Position numbers and translations under genes: made by a program
Shown here: piece by piece, positions 47,101-56,233 of the stretch
Layout: each line of letters starts with the position of its first letter
Position numbering within the stretch: position 1 is the first letter of the stretch
NCBI GenBank assembly: GCA_964187785.1
Contig: OZ076410.1
Location: 85,312,001-85,376,000, forward strand
Reading direction: 5' to 3'
Source of the DNA: Amphiscolops sp. MND2022
Lineage: Eukaryota
Length of the DNA: 64,000 nucleotides
Notes under the pieces: generated by a model
Seen by the model: the letters and a program-made list of their open reading frames with translations, nothing else
What the model was told of the DNA's origin: nothing
The model's database searches: none

Positions 47101-50100
47101 GAAGGATTATCTTGAATTGGATCACTAGCGGTGATAATAAACCGATCGGGTCGAATATTGATGAAGCCAGGCTGAACAGTTGTCTGAGCGTGGTCGGGTT
47201 ATCAACGGACTTAGGTGGCGGTGCGGTATAGGAGTCAGTGCGAAGACACCATGTTTGACCCAAAACCTTGGTTTCGGATGCAGATTGTTCACGGTCTTCG
47301 GCGGGAATGGCGGACAGGGCATCATTGTTGTTGGAGATGAATTTGGTAAGACGGAAACCTCCACGCTGGAGGACGGTACGTAGATCGTTTGTCAATTGAC
47401 GGGGGGCGGCTGGTGTTGAAAAGGATTGGATGAAGTCATCCATGTAAAAATTGTTAAGCACGGCTTGCAATACGTCGGGGAATTGGGAAGCGAAATCTTG
47501 AGCGCAACGGCGAAGTACGAATATGGCGCAAAACGGAGAGCAGTTGGCGCCAAAGATGAGGCGGATGTATTGGTATTGGAGTACGTAGTTATCGGACATC
47601 CAAAGGAAGCGGAGGGCTGATTGATCTTCAGGGCGGATTGCGATTTGCATGAACATTCCTTCAATGTCGGCTAGGACACCAACGGCGTGTTCACGGAAAC
47701 GGAGGATGAGTTCAAGCAGGTTTGCGAGAAGATCAGGTCCAGCGAGAAGATTGGAGTTCAAAGATTCATTTTCATACTTCGAGGCAGCATTTGCTACACG
47801 ACGGACTTTCCCGGGTTTGTTAGGGTTTTCTACGGGATGAGTCGGTAAGTACCAAATTTTCTCAGGCGGCGGATTCTGCTTTACAACGGGCTTGACGTAC
47901 TGTTTCTCAAGATCTGTGGTTAGAGTTTCGTCGAATCTTTTCTTCAGTTCGGGATTGCGAGTTAAACGTTTTTCGAGGGAACGGACACGGTTGAGAGCGG
48001 CGTAGTAATTGTTCGGTAGCTGAACGTCAGTTTTCCACGGAAGGCCAATTTCATAACGTTCGCCGTTGTGGCGACACGTTCTTTCAAGTGTTTGGAGGGC
48101 TTCTTTGTCGACATCGGAGAGAAAGGATTCGGCGGGTTCACTGGCTGTTTTTTCAATTGACCAAAATTGTTCAAGCATGTCAGGTGGAAACTGATCGGGA
48201 TCGTCTCAGTGGATTTCGGTTGCGGCGAAAAGGACGAAGTTTTTTCGAAAGGACGATTTAGTTCGTTAACGAGGCATGAACTCGCCGGCGATGGTCCAGC
48301 CGAGTTCAGTGCGGAGACCGGCAGGTCGGTTGGGGGATTATCGGATCCATTCTAAAGCGTGTGTAAACTGTACGCACGATGTTCCAAGAAGAACGCCGAT
48401 GCGTCCTTTGTCAATGTCGGGGAAATTGATGTGGCGGAGTATTGAGTTCGATTGGCAGATGCTATTCAGATCGGAGGTATTTGCCGGGGGAATGTTGAGG
48501 CAAGTGGTTGTATAGGCGTTTTTAACTTCGAATTGTGTTTCATTGTCGGCGTAGGGGGCAATTTTGAATGCGGTGGGACGGACGGAAAAGGAACGAGACA
48601 AGTTCATGAACTGAACATCTAAATCAAATTGATGTCCAGTTTCTAAATCCAGGGAGCGGCTGAAGCTATCGAGGACGTATGTTCCTGTGCTTCCAGGGTC
48701 GATCAAGGCATAAGTGTCGAAAACTTTGTCACCATTGAGCAGGGACACGGGAATGACTTGAAGTAGGGCAAAAAGCGTTTTCGGAAACTGTTTATTCTCT
48801 GGGTCAACACTTGCGGTAGCATTGAACTGTGAGGGGTTGAACTGATGTTGGCGAGAGTTGTTGTGAGAACTTTTTTGATTTGCTGGGGCAGCATTTGTGG
48901 CGTTGGGGCGGTTTTCGGGAGCTTGCGTGGATGCTGGAGCAGGCTGTGGTTTGTTGCGGGCGTTTGTTTTCGGAATCAGAGGTGTGGAGGGACGTGTGGT
49001 GCAGAGCACCGCAGTTAGGTTTGAAGCAGCGGTTGGACGAGGGTCAGTCTTTTTTCAAATGGCTCTGACCGAGGCAGTTGAAACAGAGATGCAAACTTTG
49101 AACATGGTGTATTCGATCTTGGATGGAAGAGTCAAGATATTGCGGACAGCGAGTGATCGAATGATGTTGGTGGCAGAGAGGACATTCATTTTGTTTTTTT
49201 GGGTATATTGCGAGGGAGTTGGTCCTGGGAGCGGGACAGATGGTATGTTTGGTCGCGGGAGGTTCGGTTCGACAGCTTCGAGAACTCTGGCTTGAATCTC
49301 CAGCCATTGCTGAAAATCAAGCAAAGTCGGTGAAAGGATGTTGTTTTTGACGGTGTGTTCTTTCCATTTGAGAAAGAGATTATGCGGAAGTTTCTTTTTA
49401 GCAATAGTGAGTACTGTTGATGATTGAAGGTCGGCGGTGAATCGGAGGTTGATGAATGTTTGGACGAGTTGTTTTAGAAATGTAAAGAAGGAAACAAGTG
49501 TATGAGGGTTCTGGGATGAGATGTGGGCCCAGTTTTCAAGGCGGTGTATGTAGGCAGTGACGATGTGTTGTGGAGAACCAAAGCGAGATTCTAGTTCAGC
49601 CATGGCAACGTTGTAAAATGCAGGGTTACAAGAATAACCTCGAATAAGGTCTTTAGCTTTGCCACTGACTGAGTTCTGAAGATAGGTAATTCGGTGTGTT
49701 TGGGATATGGAAGTGTTGTTGTGGACGGAGGCCTTGAAAATAATAATCCAATCGTGGAAAGCGAGTGGATCACCATCGAATTTGGGAATTTGGATTGGCG
49801 GTAGTTTGTTGCAGGCGTTACTCACATACTGCGGAGGTGGATGGGAGCGCCAGTGTGATGTGAGCATTTCAGGCTGTGATACTGGTTGAGCTGTAGTATA
49901 TAAGTTTGAGTTCGGTTGAACAGGAAAAGCAAGCGAAGTAGTAGCTGGCGTATATGGAGACGGAGCAGTTGGGCGGCTGGCATGAACGGAATGGAGAGAA
50001 GCTTGAGCAGTCTGTGTCGGACGGAAAACAGATCCTACTAGATTGTGTGGTGTGAGAAACTGCTGGACGAGTGGCGCTGAAACGATAGGTTGTGACGAGA

Positions 50101-53100
50101 TCAGGTTTGATTGCTCTGGTGGGAAGTGTTGATTGGCATCTGAGCCTTGATGAAGAGAGTGGTTCTGTGTTGTCGGCATTGCTGGCACGGTATGGTTGAT
50201 GGCAAACACTGAAGAGTTTGAAGGGCATTGGTGGTAGTTGTTAGTGTAGGCGATGTGACTTTTGGTGTAGTATGGGTCAACTGTTGTAGAGAGTAGTAGC
50301 GGTTGCGTTGGATTCGCGGGAAGAAAGGTTTGGTGTTCTGTGGGCGGCAGAGTGGGTGTTTCTTGGTATTCGTCGCAATAGGACTGCTCAGGTCGGCTTT
50401 GACGTACTTGTGAAGTATCAGTCATTTCCATGTTGAACGTTTGAGCAGGAGGTTCATCAGCACAAAAGTTACTACGGTCAGCAGATTGTGCTAAGTGACG
50501 AGAAAGTTGTTCGGCAGTCATATCGAGAATGTTGGCATTCGGGTTGTCATGTGAAGAAGCAGAAGGATTCTGTTGATGTGGGTGGTCGACAGCTTCTGTT
50601 GGTCGTCGTGTCGTTTCTTCTTCGAAGTGGCGATGAGATCCTGGAACTGACAGATGGCTTCGGAGGGAAATATTGTCTCTTTGTATTTGTCGAGAGCTTA
50701 TTTTGTCTGCGTAATGAAGGACAAGGATTGATGCGTCAGCTGATTTCTGCAAGTATGGCTCTAAGTCATCAAGAGTCATGTGAGCTGACAGTTGCTCAGC
50801 AAGGTTTTCAAGTTTTGAAGCAACTGTTTTGAGTGCTGCAAGAATCTCATTCAGCTGAGTTGGAGTACTATTGAGATCCAATTGAGATGCTAGATAATTG
50901 GATGAGTTCGTGAATTTGATGTCGTGCAGCTTGAATTGATTCTGCAGGATCTGCTGTTTCGGGTTGACCATCTTCGTTGTTCTGTGGTTAGTTGTAGAAA
51001 GAAAACAGCACACGGAACATGCTTTATCTGTTCGTAAATGCGTGAACGGCGAACACACCTTTGAGTCTAAGAGAAAATATCTCGGAGCGCTAGTTTTTTT
51101 GGGTGTTAGCGGAACAGAGACAAAGCGTGCGAACCGTAATTCGATCACAAAGACGCTAGCGAGAGCCGAAAAAGGAATTGAAGATCTGGACGAATCAGGA
51201 CGCACCTAGACCTGAAAGACCAGCAGTGTATGCTGTGGTAGAACTACGGCGACGGACGCAACGTTTTGGTTGCTACCGAATTTATGAGAATGTGACTATC
51301 TACGAGGTTGACTTTACACTCTAAGATACTTCAAGTAAACTTTCTTGCTTAGGGGAAGTCTTAGTTTGTTATTTCCAGAAGTTTCCTTTCTGAGACAATC
51401 ACTTGAAACTATATCTCCTCTAATCAGAAAAGTGAGGAACGAAGGTCAAGAAAAAAACGCAAATATTGTGCTTTTTTGTCGCGGAAAGCTGCGAAAAAAG
51501 GTTTACAAAAACTACCCAAGCACTCTCCTTAGTGCAGCAAGGGTTAGGGTGAAAAGAATTTTTTGGGAGCTGTCAGTCGGCGTAGATCCCATTAGTCAGC
51601 AGAAAGGGTCTTTAGTAGAAAACTGTAGGCGTCAAAAACTCTGATCGTAAAAAAGTGTCAACATTTCGTGTTCAGGGTTCTGGCAAAAAGTCGGTAGAGA
51701 GCGTTCATAACCACTAGTCGTTGCAAAAAGCAGTCTTGTTGTTCGGTGAATAGTTGAATCAAACCTTTATACCAAATTTGAATAACTCTTTCTTGAACTG
51801 TGTTTCTTTTCCAGACCATCCGGTTTTGTCGTAATGTCTCATCCTTTTAGTAGCGGACTGATGTCCTTTTTGTGTTCGTGTTTGGTGGAATGATAAATGA
51901 TGCAATCTTTCCGAGCATTGTTTGGGTGTAAATACCGGTTTCCGTCTGATGATTTTGATTCTAGGTTCGGTTTGTTTGGTCCATCCTTATTTCTTCAGTT
52001 TCTATGTGACTAGTAAAATTCTGACTCAATCAATGGTAAAATTGACTGACTTGACTTCGCAATTTTGTATTCTAAGAAACAGGGTTTAGGAAAACAAGGT
52101 TCACTAAAATAAGTATCTCGTACTGAAGTTTCCCAAAATCAACGCACAAATACATAATCTAAAGCATTGACGTTACAAATAATGGTTTATCAACAGTGTT
52201 TAGCATTGTGTAGGCGCTGAACCGAAACTCGCTAAAGTTCATTACCGAACAGCTGCATAACAATTCAGTGTTTTTGTTTGCGTTAGATGATTTTGTAATT
52301 GATAATAATGGTAATTACCGATGAGCATCCGTAGACCAGCAGCGTCAGTTCCATGTGGTGAATTCCAACCACTCGGTTCTCGGGGATTTCAGTAGGCTCT
52401 GCTGGCATCGTTGAGGCAGTAAATTTCACTTCTTGGGCGCTTTGAATGTCGTTTATGACAAACAAAGTCCTGAAACGAAATGGAGCATCGTTTTTTTCTG
52501 CACATTTTCCGTCCCCATATTTCATACCTAGGAAACAAAAATTACTAACTTCCCAAGTTTACAATACTGAAAGTTTATAGTCGAATGATAAATGTTCATC
52601 TACAGGGTTCAAATACGTAGCATTCGTCTTTGTGGAGATATTTGAACTTTTATGTGTGAAACCCCTGGATGTGACCCCGAAATCGATTAAAAAGTCAAAA
52701 CTCTCCACTGTTGGACATCAGATGATCTTTTCTAATGTACTTTAAGGACTTTCTTGAAAATGCACATTGAGAAATGCCTGATATTGTGAATCAGGCTTTG
52801 AATATGGAAACAAGTAGTTGCATCTTAAGATACTGAAGCTCATGAGTCAAAGTTTATATCTCAAAAGCGTGAAAGATTTGAAAACATGGACTCTTGTATT
52901 CGCCATGATATTTTATAGGCAACTGATTTGGAAACAACTGGTTCCAATTCAGTCACCTATAAAATATCATGGCGAATACAAGAATGTTTTCAAATCTTTC
53001 ACGCTTTTGAGATATAAACTTTGACTCATGAGCCTCAGTATCTTAAGATGCAACTACTTGTTTCCATAATCAAAGTGCATGGATGAAAGCAAAAAACTTC

Positions 53101-54669
53101 ACAAAATTTTTACTGTAAGTCTAGTTTCTAAAGACTGCCGAAAGGGTTTAAAGTATCATTTTTTTGTCATTTTTAACAATAAGATTGAGCGCATTTTCAA
53201 GCTTGGAAATTGTGCAGAAAAATCGCATCGATGCTTTTCTCTTCAGTTTTATCAGGGAATTTATTGGGAAAAATTGAGTTTGAGTCTTTTAAGTTAGACG
53301 TTTTGAGAAGCACATTTGATCAATTCCAGTTTCAGCCAGTGATCGGAAACTTTTTTACATTATCGAAACAGGCAACAATGTAATTCAGGCGACTGGCTCT
53401 ACAAATAATATGAAACCTGATGTCAGATGGAAGGTAGCTAAATCTTCACGCTTTGTTTCTGAGAAAAGTAGATGAAAGTAACGAGAAAAATTGAAATAGT
53501 ATGGGTTTAACAAACAGCTGTAAATGTTGAAACGTTGCGTGTATTTTCAATCCCTCTCATGGTTTTCCAACAATCTTTGCTGATTTTCAGACCAAAGTTC
53601 CACTGTTTGGGGAATTACATGATTACCTTAAAGTGAGATTGAACATCATTCCGGGTACCAATCCGTCAACCGTGAAAACTCTCACATCCGCTTCCAAAAT
53701 ATCCTCCTGTGTCCAGGCTGGCAGCATGTAGTTACCACAGTCCGTTTCCTCGTTCTCAGTGGTGAGCACTTGAGTCACAGGGTACTGCATGTTGCCAAGG
53801 GTGGGCAGTTGCCAGATGGCTGTCACCTTATCCAGAGTGTACCCCTCCATGAGACCTATCCACGTGCAGTTTTCCACATGCGATCCGAAGGCGCATCCTC
53901 GTACGTAGTAGCCCCGCTCTGCGTGCAACCAATCAACGCCAACTTCATATTTCTCCGACCCTTCAATAAATATATTTTGTATCTTTAAAAGTGTCGAGTG
54001 TCAAGTTTGAGTCTTGAAAAAATATTTATGAGTTTATAATCAAGAGTGAGATTTTTGAGGTGTGCAAACAATTCTTTTGATGCCCTGTTTTCCCTTCCAC
54101 AGAGAAATAGGCTGGAAAAGAAGACTTCCATAGGGTTAGCCATTGTTGATTCCAGGCTGATCATAGCTGGATCATTTAGAAAATATGAATGATTTGTATG
54201 GTGTCATATTTTTGCCAGAGTATGGCCAGCTTTTGCATCAGTATGACCGTCAGGCTTTGTAACTGAATTTTCACGCCAAGGACATGTTACTTTTGAAATT
54301 TTTAAAAACATTCCGGCAGCCAATTGAAACCGCAAAACTTTTTGCCTAAACATCCTAGACTTTTGGACTGTTTTCCTAACCTAGCTCATTTTCCCTGCCC
54401 AGTAGTCTGGAATCTGTAATGAGGAATTCGCAATGGAAGTAGCGAATGTGGTAATTGTAGGATCGACAGAAGCTTCTGTGAAGACATCCAAGACCGCATA
54501 GTCTGTGGCTTAAGGTTTGAATTTTTTCGTAAACGAATTCAGGAAAAACATCTTCTACTGAATAGGTGAAATGGAAGTTTATAAACTTCGAGTCAGACGA
54601 AGCATGTACCCGTGAAACAGAAAGCGATAACGTTACGCAACAGATAAGGTATAGCAGAAAATTGCCCAT
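10884..54669 (-). CDS. Host multi-exon gene: secreted or membrane protein with signal peptide, PAN/apple-like domain and at least six FN3-like repeats; 3' end not identified
   Basis: Exons listed separately. Junctions 52319/40002 (phase 0), 39668/36119 (phase 2), 35900/31182 (phase 0) and 30857/11130 (phase 2) are GT-AG and join into continuous FN3-like sequence. Repeated L-x-[PA]-G-x-x-[YF] signatures: LVPGMMF, LVAGENY, LIPGENY, VPGSIF, LMPGGLY. Confidence 0.8.
11438..13283 (+). repeat. 5' LTR (1846 bp)
   Basis: Aligns by eye with 22061-23924; 9 differences in the first ~100 bp. Imperfect inverted termini TGTCGCAGGC / GTTTACGACA. Confidence 0.95.
12698..14330 (+). pseudogene. gag: Gypsy gag with LTR-encoded N-terminal extension; stop at 13292 and frameshifts
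   Basis: ATG 12698 is in frame with MPSRNH at 13340. Capsid-like TFDGKSENFELFEDLF; knuckles CTFCKEEVYMVKDC and CRTCGKTNHPEERC. Confidence 0.85.
13284..13295 (+). promoter_or_regulatory. Primer-binding site (TGGTGACA...); tRNA identity not established
   Basis: TGG directly follows the LTR terminal CA. Confidence 0.75.
14960..18648 (+). pseudogene. pol: Gypsy pol (protease, RT, RNase H, truncated integrase), multiple stops and frameshifts
   Basis: Protease LIDTGPLSSAI; RT LLVDLRKIN and YVDDIG; RNase H ITDASFGAAG; integrase HGTAHKHPG, IDLLP and LTAIDVFSRYLFAYP. Integrase stops abruptly after EDVQNRT. Confidence 0.95.
18649..20290 (-). pseudogene. Antisense accessory ORF of the provirus: long Ser/Pro/Glu-rich region plus BED-type zinc finger, truncated; start approximate
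   Basis: Three overlapping frames (19894-20223, 18791-20005, 18690-18977). After removing an 8-bp duplication it reads KIGWTRSF...CHICKKNFSIGSKGTEEILRHHRT. Confidence 0.7.
21010..21371 (+). pseudogene. Possible small sense accessory ORF just upstream of the 293-aa ORF (one stop and a probable frameshift)
   Basis: Frame reads SKRPVNYPLKTSVFVVTNSSTAY...*IPIYQRTPTDEEIPFKKVYIGSGRL...ETNYAQI* and overlaps the ATG at 21359. Confidence 0.35.
21359..22240 (+). CDS. Sense accessory ORF (293 aa; acidic N-terminus, CxxC-like motif) running into the 3' LTR
   Basis: ATG-initiated open frame with RCLTCMVCGKSVEEIK; crosses the LTR start at 22061. Confidence 0.65.
   Translation: MHRFNISKKLFDFEEDSSEGSADSVVYISSVEEVDEVSDCWDTDWSTDTEALIKRIEREVKSSPILIGGRIMTTEGLDDEMEAGPSNPQPIPPSTPKLGFKYFDEKLCYAPSRKSTKPKIELCSIVLPVLESPMSPAEHEKGPSQDTPMPCPTSSTFHASYHIQNVQPYADLGNQRCLTCMVCGKSVEEIKRQKTDWYMERSTPRSEPAYITTVRRQAYENGLNAGILLFWRTLCRRLPPVMEPKSLPPPQVRYQYRTHCLDFKTQTIKTFILLLHFNDLELLVIFILFTSLC
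22061..23924 (+). repeat. 3' LTR (1864 bp)
   Basis: Direct repeat of 11438-13283, followed by TSD ATATG. Confidence 0.95.
24880..25256 (+). mobile_element. 3' end fragment of a related long LTR carrying the same type of embedded ORF
   Basis: MMHSQINRAFSTAIAERVIPEIQKIVSS resembles MGSVNTQIQRAISNAISNQILPQIQTAL of the 5' LTR ORF. The frame ends ...SPY followed by A, the same register as the other LTR ends. Confidence 0.6.
26700..29800 (-). mobile_element. Highly decayed DIRS-like tyrosine-recombinase retrotransposon; boundaries approximate
   Basis: Minus-strand remnants in DIRS order. RT: SKMFLVSRD, QLRAL, FRLGEI (for IYLDDI). RNase H: LELKVPLK. Methyltransferase-like: KKNKAQKIW..SSWFGQT. Recombinase: KIRR...VFPALCPFY. 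Confidence 0.5.
29944..30501 (+). mobile_element. Internally deleted Tc1/mariner relic
   Basis: TIRs CCTTGGTTCAAA / TTTGGACCAAGG with TA flanks. RLHPLENVRTMLKPFVEKKHPETKDEFIQYAQE resembles the Tc1 DLNPIENVW...P.T.EEL C-terminus. Confidence 0.65.
30857..31182 (-). CDS. FN3-like exon of host gene
   Basis: Acceptor TTATTCTTCAG, phase 0; donor AG/GTTAAT, phase 2. Reads ELHIMTDTT...QVPGSIFSARVYPHS...SFDLT. Confidence 0.8.
31320..31450 (+). repeat. Dispersed repeat family, copy 2 (partial)
   Basis: GGAACGCCCAAAGTCGGCGCTATATCTAAGCC matches 10428 and 34996. Confidence 0.75.
31961..32480 (+). pseudogene. gag: Gypsy gag N-terminal part
   Basis: ATG 55 bp after the LTR; KPKQWLERFRQY...GEFFW...FMTAITDTKLRDKLM, then a deletion junction. 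Confidence 0.7.
32800..34527 (+). pseudogene. Gypsy integrase and C-terminal tail, with stops and frameshifts
   Basis: LHFGHAGYTKM...CVAC, IDFSGK, LIAVDRFSKWP, IKTDKGGAF, GAIERAIQTLK. Confidence 0.85.
34996..35680 (+). repeat. Dispersed repeat family, copy 3, with four GGGG(A/G)(G)ACCCTTT-like subrepeats
   Basis: Same 5' end as 10428; 3' GGCGCCGACT and AGCGCCGTCT inverted motifs. Confidence 0.8.
35900..36119 (-). CDS. FN3-like exon of host gene
   Basis: Acceptor CTTTATTTTAG, phase 2; donor AAG/GTGAGA, phase 0. Reads LENTILFRQLIPGENYELKCYAHS...STYPLAP. Confidence 0.85.
36323..38837. mobile_element. About 2.5-kb non-autonomous element with long imperfect TIRs
   Basis: CCATGTTGAGCTTTCCTTGAGAATCTGTACAGATC at ~36324 is inverted to GATTTGTACAGATTCGCAGGGAGGGCTCAGCATGG ending 38836. 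No clear TSD and no transposase. Confidence 0.5.
39668..40002 (-). CDS. FN3-like exon of host gene
   Basis: Acceptor CTGTTTTTTAG, phase 0; donor AA/GTAAGT, phase 2. Reads TLRHWLEP...LTFISLVAGENYTFFFQS. Confidence 0.9.
40043..44780 (-). mobile_element. Old decayed Gypsy element (3' LTR about 40043-40315, PPT, integrase tail, RT relics), interrupted by a solo LTR; right boundary approximate
   Basis: Minus-strand PPT GGAGGGAGAGGGGAA followed by TGTTATAC. VMRGDNLNIVDM matches VIRGDNFPIVDL of the 31660 element. RT relics KSVKTALEPRNVNESC and WLNDVMVVT lie on either side of the solo LTR. Confidence 0.7.
42371..44206 (-). mobile_element. Solo long LTR (1836 bp) with embedded ORF running to its 3' end
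   Basis: Termini TGTTACGAC / GTCGCAACA; TSD ATATG at 42366-42370 and 44207-44211. Minus frame ...LAENQKEMMKLVA...TPVNSRN ends at the LTR boundary. Confidence 0.9.
44774..51230 (-). mobile_element. Decayed BEL/Pao element; 3' LTR starts at 44909; both outer ends uncertain; no matching 5' LTR found
   Basis: Minus-strand PPT G10-TGGA at 44913-44926, then TGTCATAAATG. Full BEL domain set upstream. Confidence 0.9.
44995..50971 (-). pseudogene. BEL/Pao gag-pol polyprotein with several frameshifts
   Basis: ATG 50971 (MVNPKQQ). DUF1759-like PKFDGDPLAFHDW; knuckle CPLCHQHHSITRC; protease LIDPGSTGTY; RT ADIEGMFMQI and FYMDDF; RNase H FTDAS and WTDS; integrase SDNGKNF and GGPWERMI. Confidence 0.92.
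51760..52262 (-). mobile_element. Gypsy 5' LTR (about 52066-52262), degenerate PBS and gag N-terminal fragment
   Basis: TGTTAT...AATACA ends; TTGCGAAGTC resembles TGGCGCAGTC. Contains KTGWSGKETQ and a frameshifted match to the gag start of the 31660 element. Confidence 0.6.
52319..52527 (-). CDS. FN3-like exon of host gene
   Basis: Acceptor TTTTGTTTCCTAG, phase 1; donor TCG/GTAATT, phase 0. Reads FRFRTLFVINDIQS...ASTMPAEP...MELTLLVYG. Confidence 0.75.
52803..53068. mobile_element. 266-bp near-perfect palindrome (foldback MITE with TA flanks)
   Basis: TA-TGGAAACAAGTAGTTGCATC... is inverted to ...GATGCAACTACTTGTTTCCA-TA. Pairing continues almost to the centre. Confidence 0.95.
53627..53982 (-). 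CDS. Second exon of host gene (Cys pair plus first FN3-like repeat); acceptor position uncertain (53982, 53960 or 53942)
   Basis: Reads VTAIWQLP...VFTVDGLVPGMMFNLTLR; donor AG/GTAATC, phase 2. Confidence 0.75.
54381..54669 (-). CDS. First coding exon: signal peptide plus PAN/apple-like domain
   Basis: MGNFLLYLICCVTLSLSVSRVHA is hydrophobic. CGLGCLHRSFCRSYNYHIRYFHCEFL fits the 4-Cys PAN pattern. Donor G/GTTAGG, phase 1. Confidence 0.8.
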
Positions 54670-55899
54670 TTTTGCAATTGAACAACTCCAACGAGTAGAA
54701 CAAGATCGAACTTGTTGTAGACGACAATCCATCACAAGATAATGCCTTCCGGACGAATGGTTTTGACGCCTCCAGTATTTTGGAAATTCATAAATTATTT
54801 TCCAAAAACATGTTATCGCAACAAACAGGAAAGGGAAGTTTTCTCAGTTTTGAGTAAACCAGGTGATTTTCTGAATTAAACATCAACTTGGTCTCAGAAA
54901 CATTTTTGGAAAAGCTGCCGGAAATACAATTGGAAACGGTTGCAAATAGAGACTGTTTTTTGACCTTTGCCTTCAGTCGACGCTTCTGCTACTAGTTGAT
55001 TATATGCCACCATGTGGATGCAAAAATCCTCCAGAAAAAAGAACCCTTCTCATGAAAACACAAAATTGGCAAGATGTTTGGCAAAAGCAATCAAGTATAT
55101 CATATCATAGCTAAAAAGTGATGGAAAAGCACGATTTTGAAGCTTTTCATGAGGTGCCAATTTCCGTATGTAGTTTTCAGTCTCATCGCTCGTCTGAAGT
55201 CGGCTGCTTGCTTTAGGCTTCGAAAAGCACAGTCTTTCGGAAATGATGAAAAGCTGTTTTATGAAAAGTTTGTATCAAAACGCCGAAAAACGTCCTTATA
55301 GCTTGAAAAGAGTTTTTCTTATCACAAACCCAAAGCAGAAACAGAACTGTTCTAACAAAAGACGCGCAGTTTCGAAAAAACACTAAAAATCGGACCCTTT
55401 GTGCTTTTTTCTTGTTTCGTAGGCGATGGGAAAATTCGAAAGAGCATCCCTTACCATGAGTTAGTTCACCTCAGTTCTTTCTAGAATGTTTTGAAAGAAG
55501 GACTTTTTAGAGAAGAAAATATCATCAAACAAAATAAACAAAAAAGCTATCACTGTAAGTGTCGGACTTTTTTTCTTACATTTATATATATATATATATT
55601 ACATAATGTCTAATTTACTCAGCTGCTTTTTGCATTTTGTGTACCTCTTTTGTTAGAATGTCTCCACAGCTTTGCATTCAATTGCTATAATTGTTCCACC
55701 AGCGTGTACAATGAGAAAATCAAACTCCATATCAACAATTTCTTTAATCTTTCTTTAGAGGGCAGATGATCTAAATTTTAATCTTTTACATAACGCCTCT
55801 GAATATTGCATCGCTACGTACTGTGATTCATTTCCTCCTCGTACACATTATAGTGATCAAGATCCTATTCTTTTTTTTCCATTTTCTTTTTGATAAACC

Positions 55900-56233
55900 C
55901 ATCTCGTCATGGCTTCTCTCAGCAGAACACGCCATGCTCGAAATTAATTCAACAGTCTATCGACACCTCGCAAATGAAACAATTTCACAAGTTTTTACAT
56001 TTGAAACTACTCATCTAAAACAACTCCCATTCAATACTTTTTTTATTCACACTAATTTTGAACTTAGAGCTTTCCGTATCGGCCCCTATAGAAATCTTAA
56101 ACAACTCACAGATGAAACTCATGAATTTATGACCCAAGATGGTTCTACTTTTCACAACCGTCGAAAACATATTTCACACTGTTATCCTAAAGAGCCACTT
56201 GTTTTCCCCCCTAATTTCGCCAATATCATTTAA
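55900..56233 (+). pseudogene. Gypsy integrase C-terminal GPY/F region relic
   Basis: RIGPYRNLKQLTDETHEF...HNRRKHISHCYPKEP. Confidence 0.7.

Noticed and set aside
51230-51760. 5' LTR of the minus-strand BEL element
   Set aside because: No similarity to the 3' LTR starting at 44909, although a PBS-like TGGTCTTTC sits at 51222.
11131-52318. Orientation bias of intronic retroelements relative to the host gene
   Set aside because: Both orientations occur (plus: 11438 and 31660; minus: DIRS-like, old Gypsy, solo LTR, BEL), and the sample is too small.
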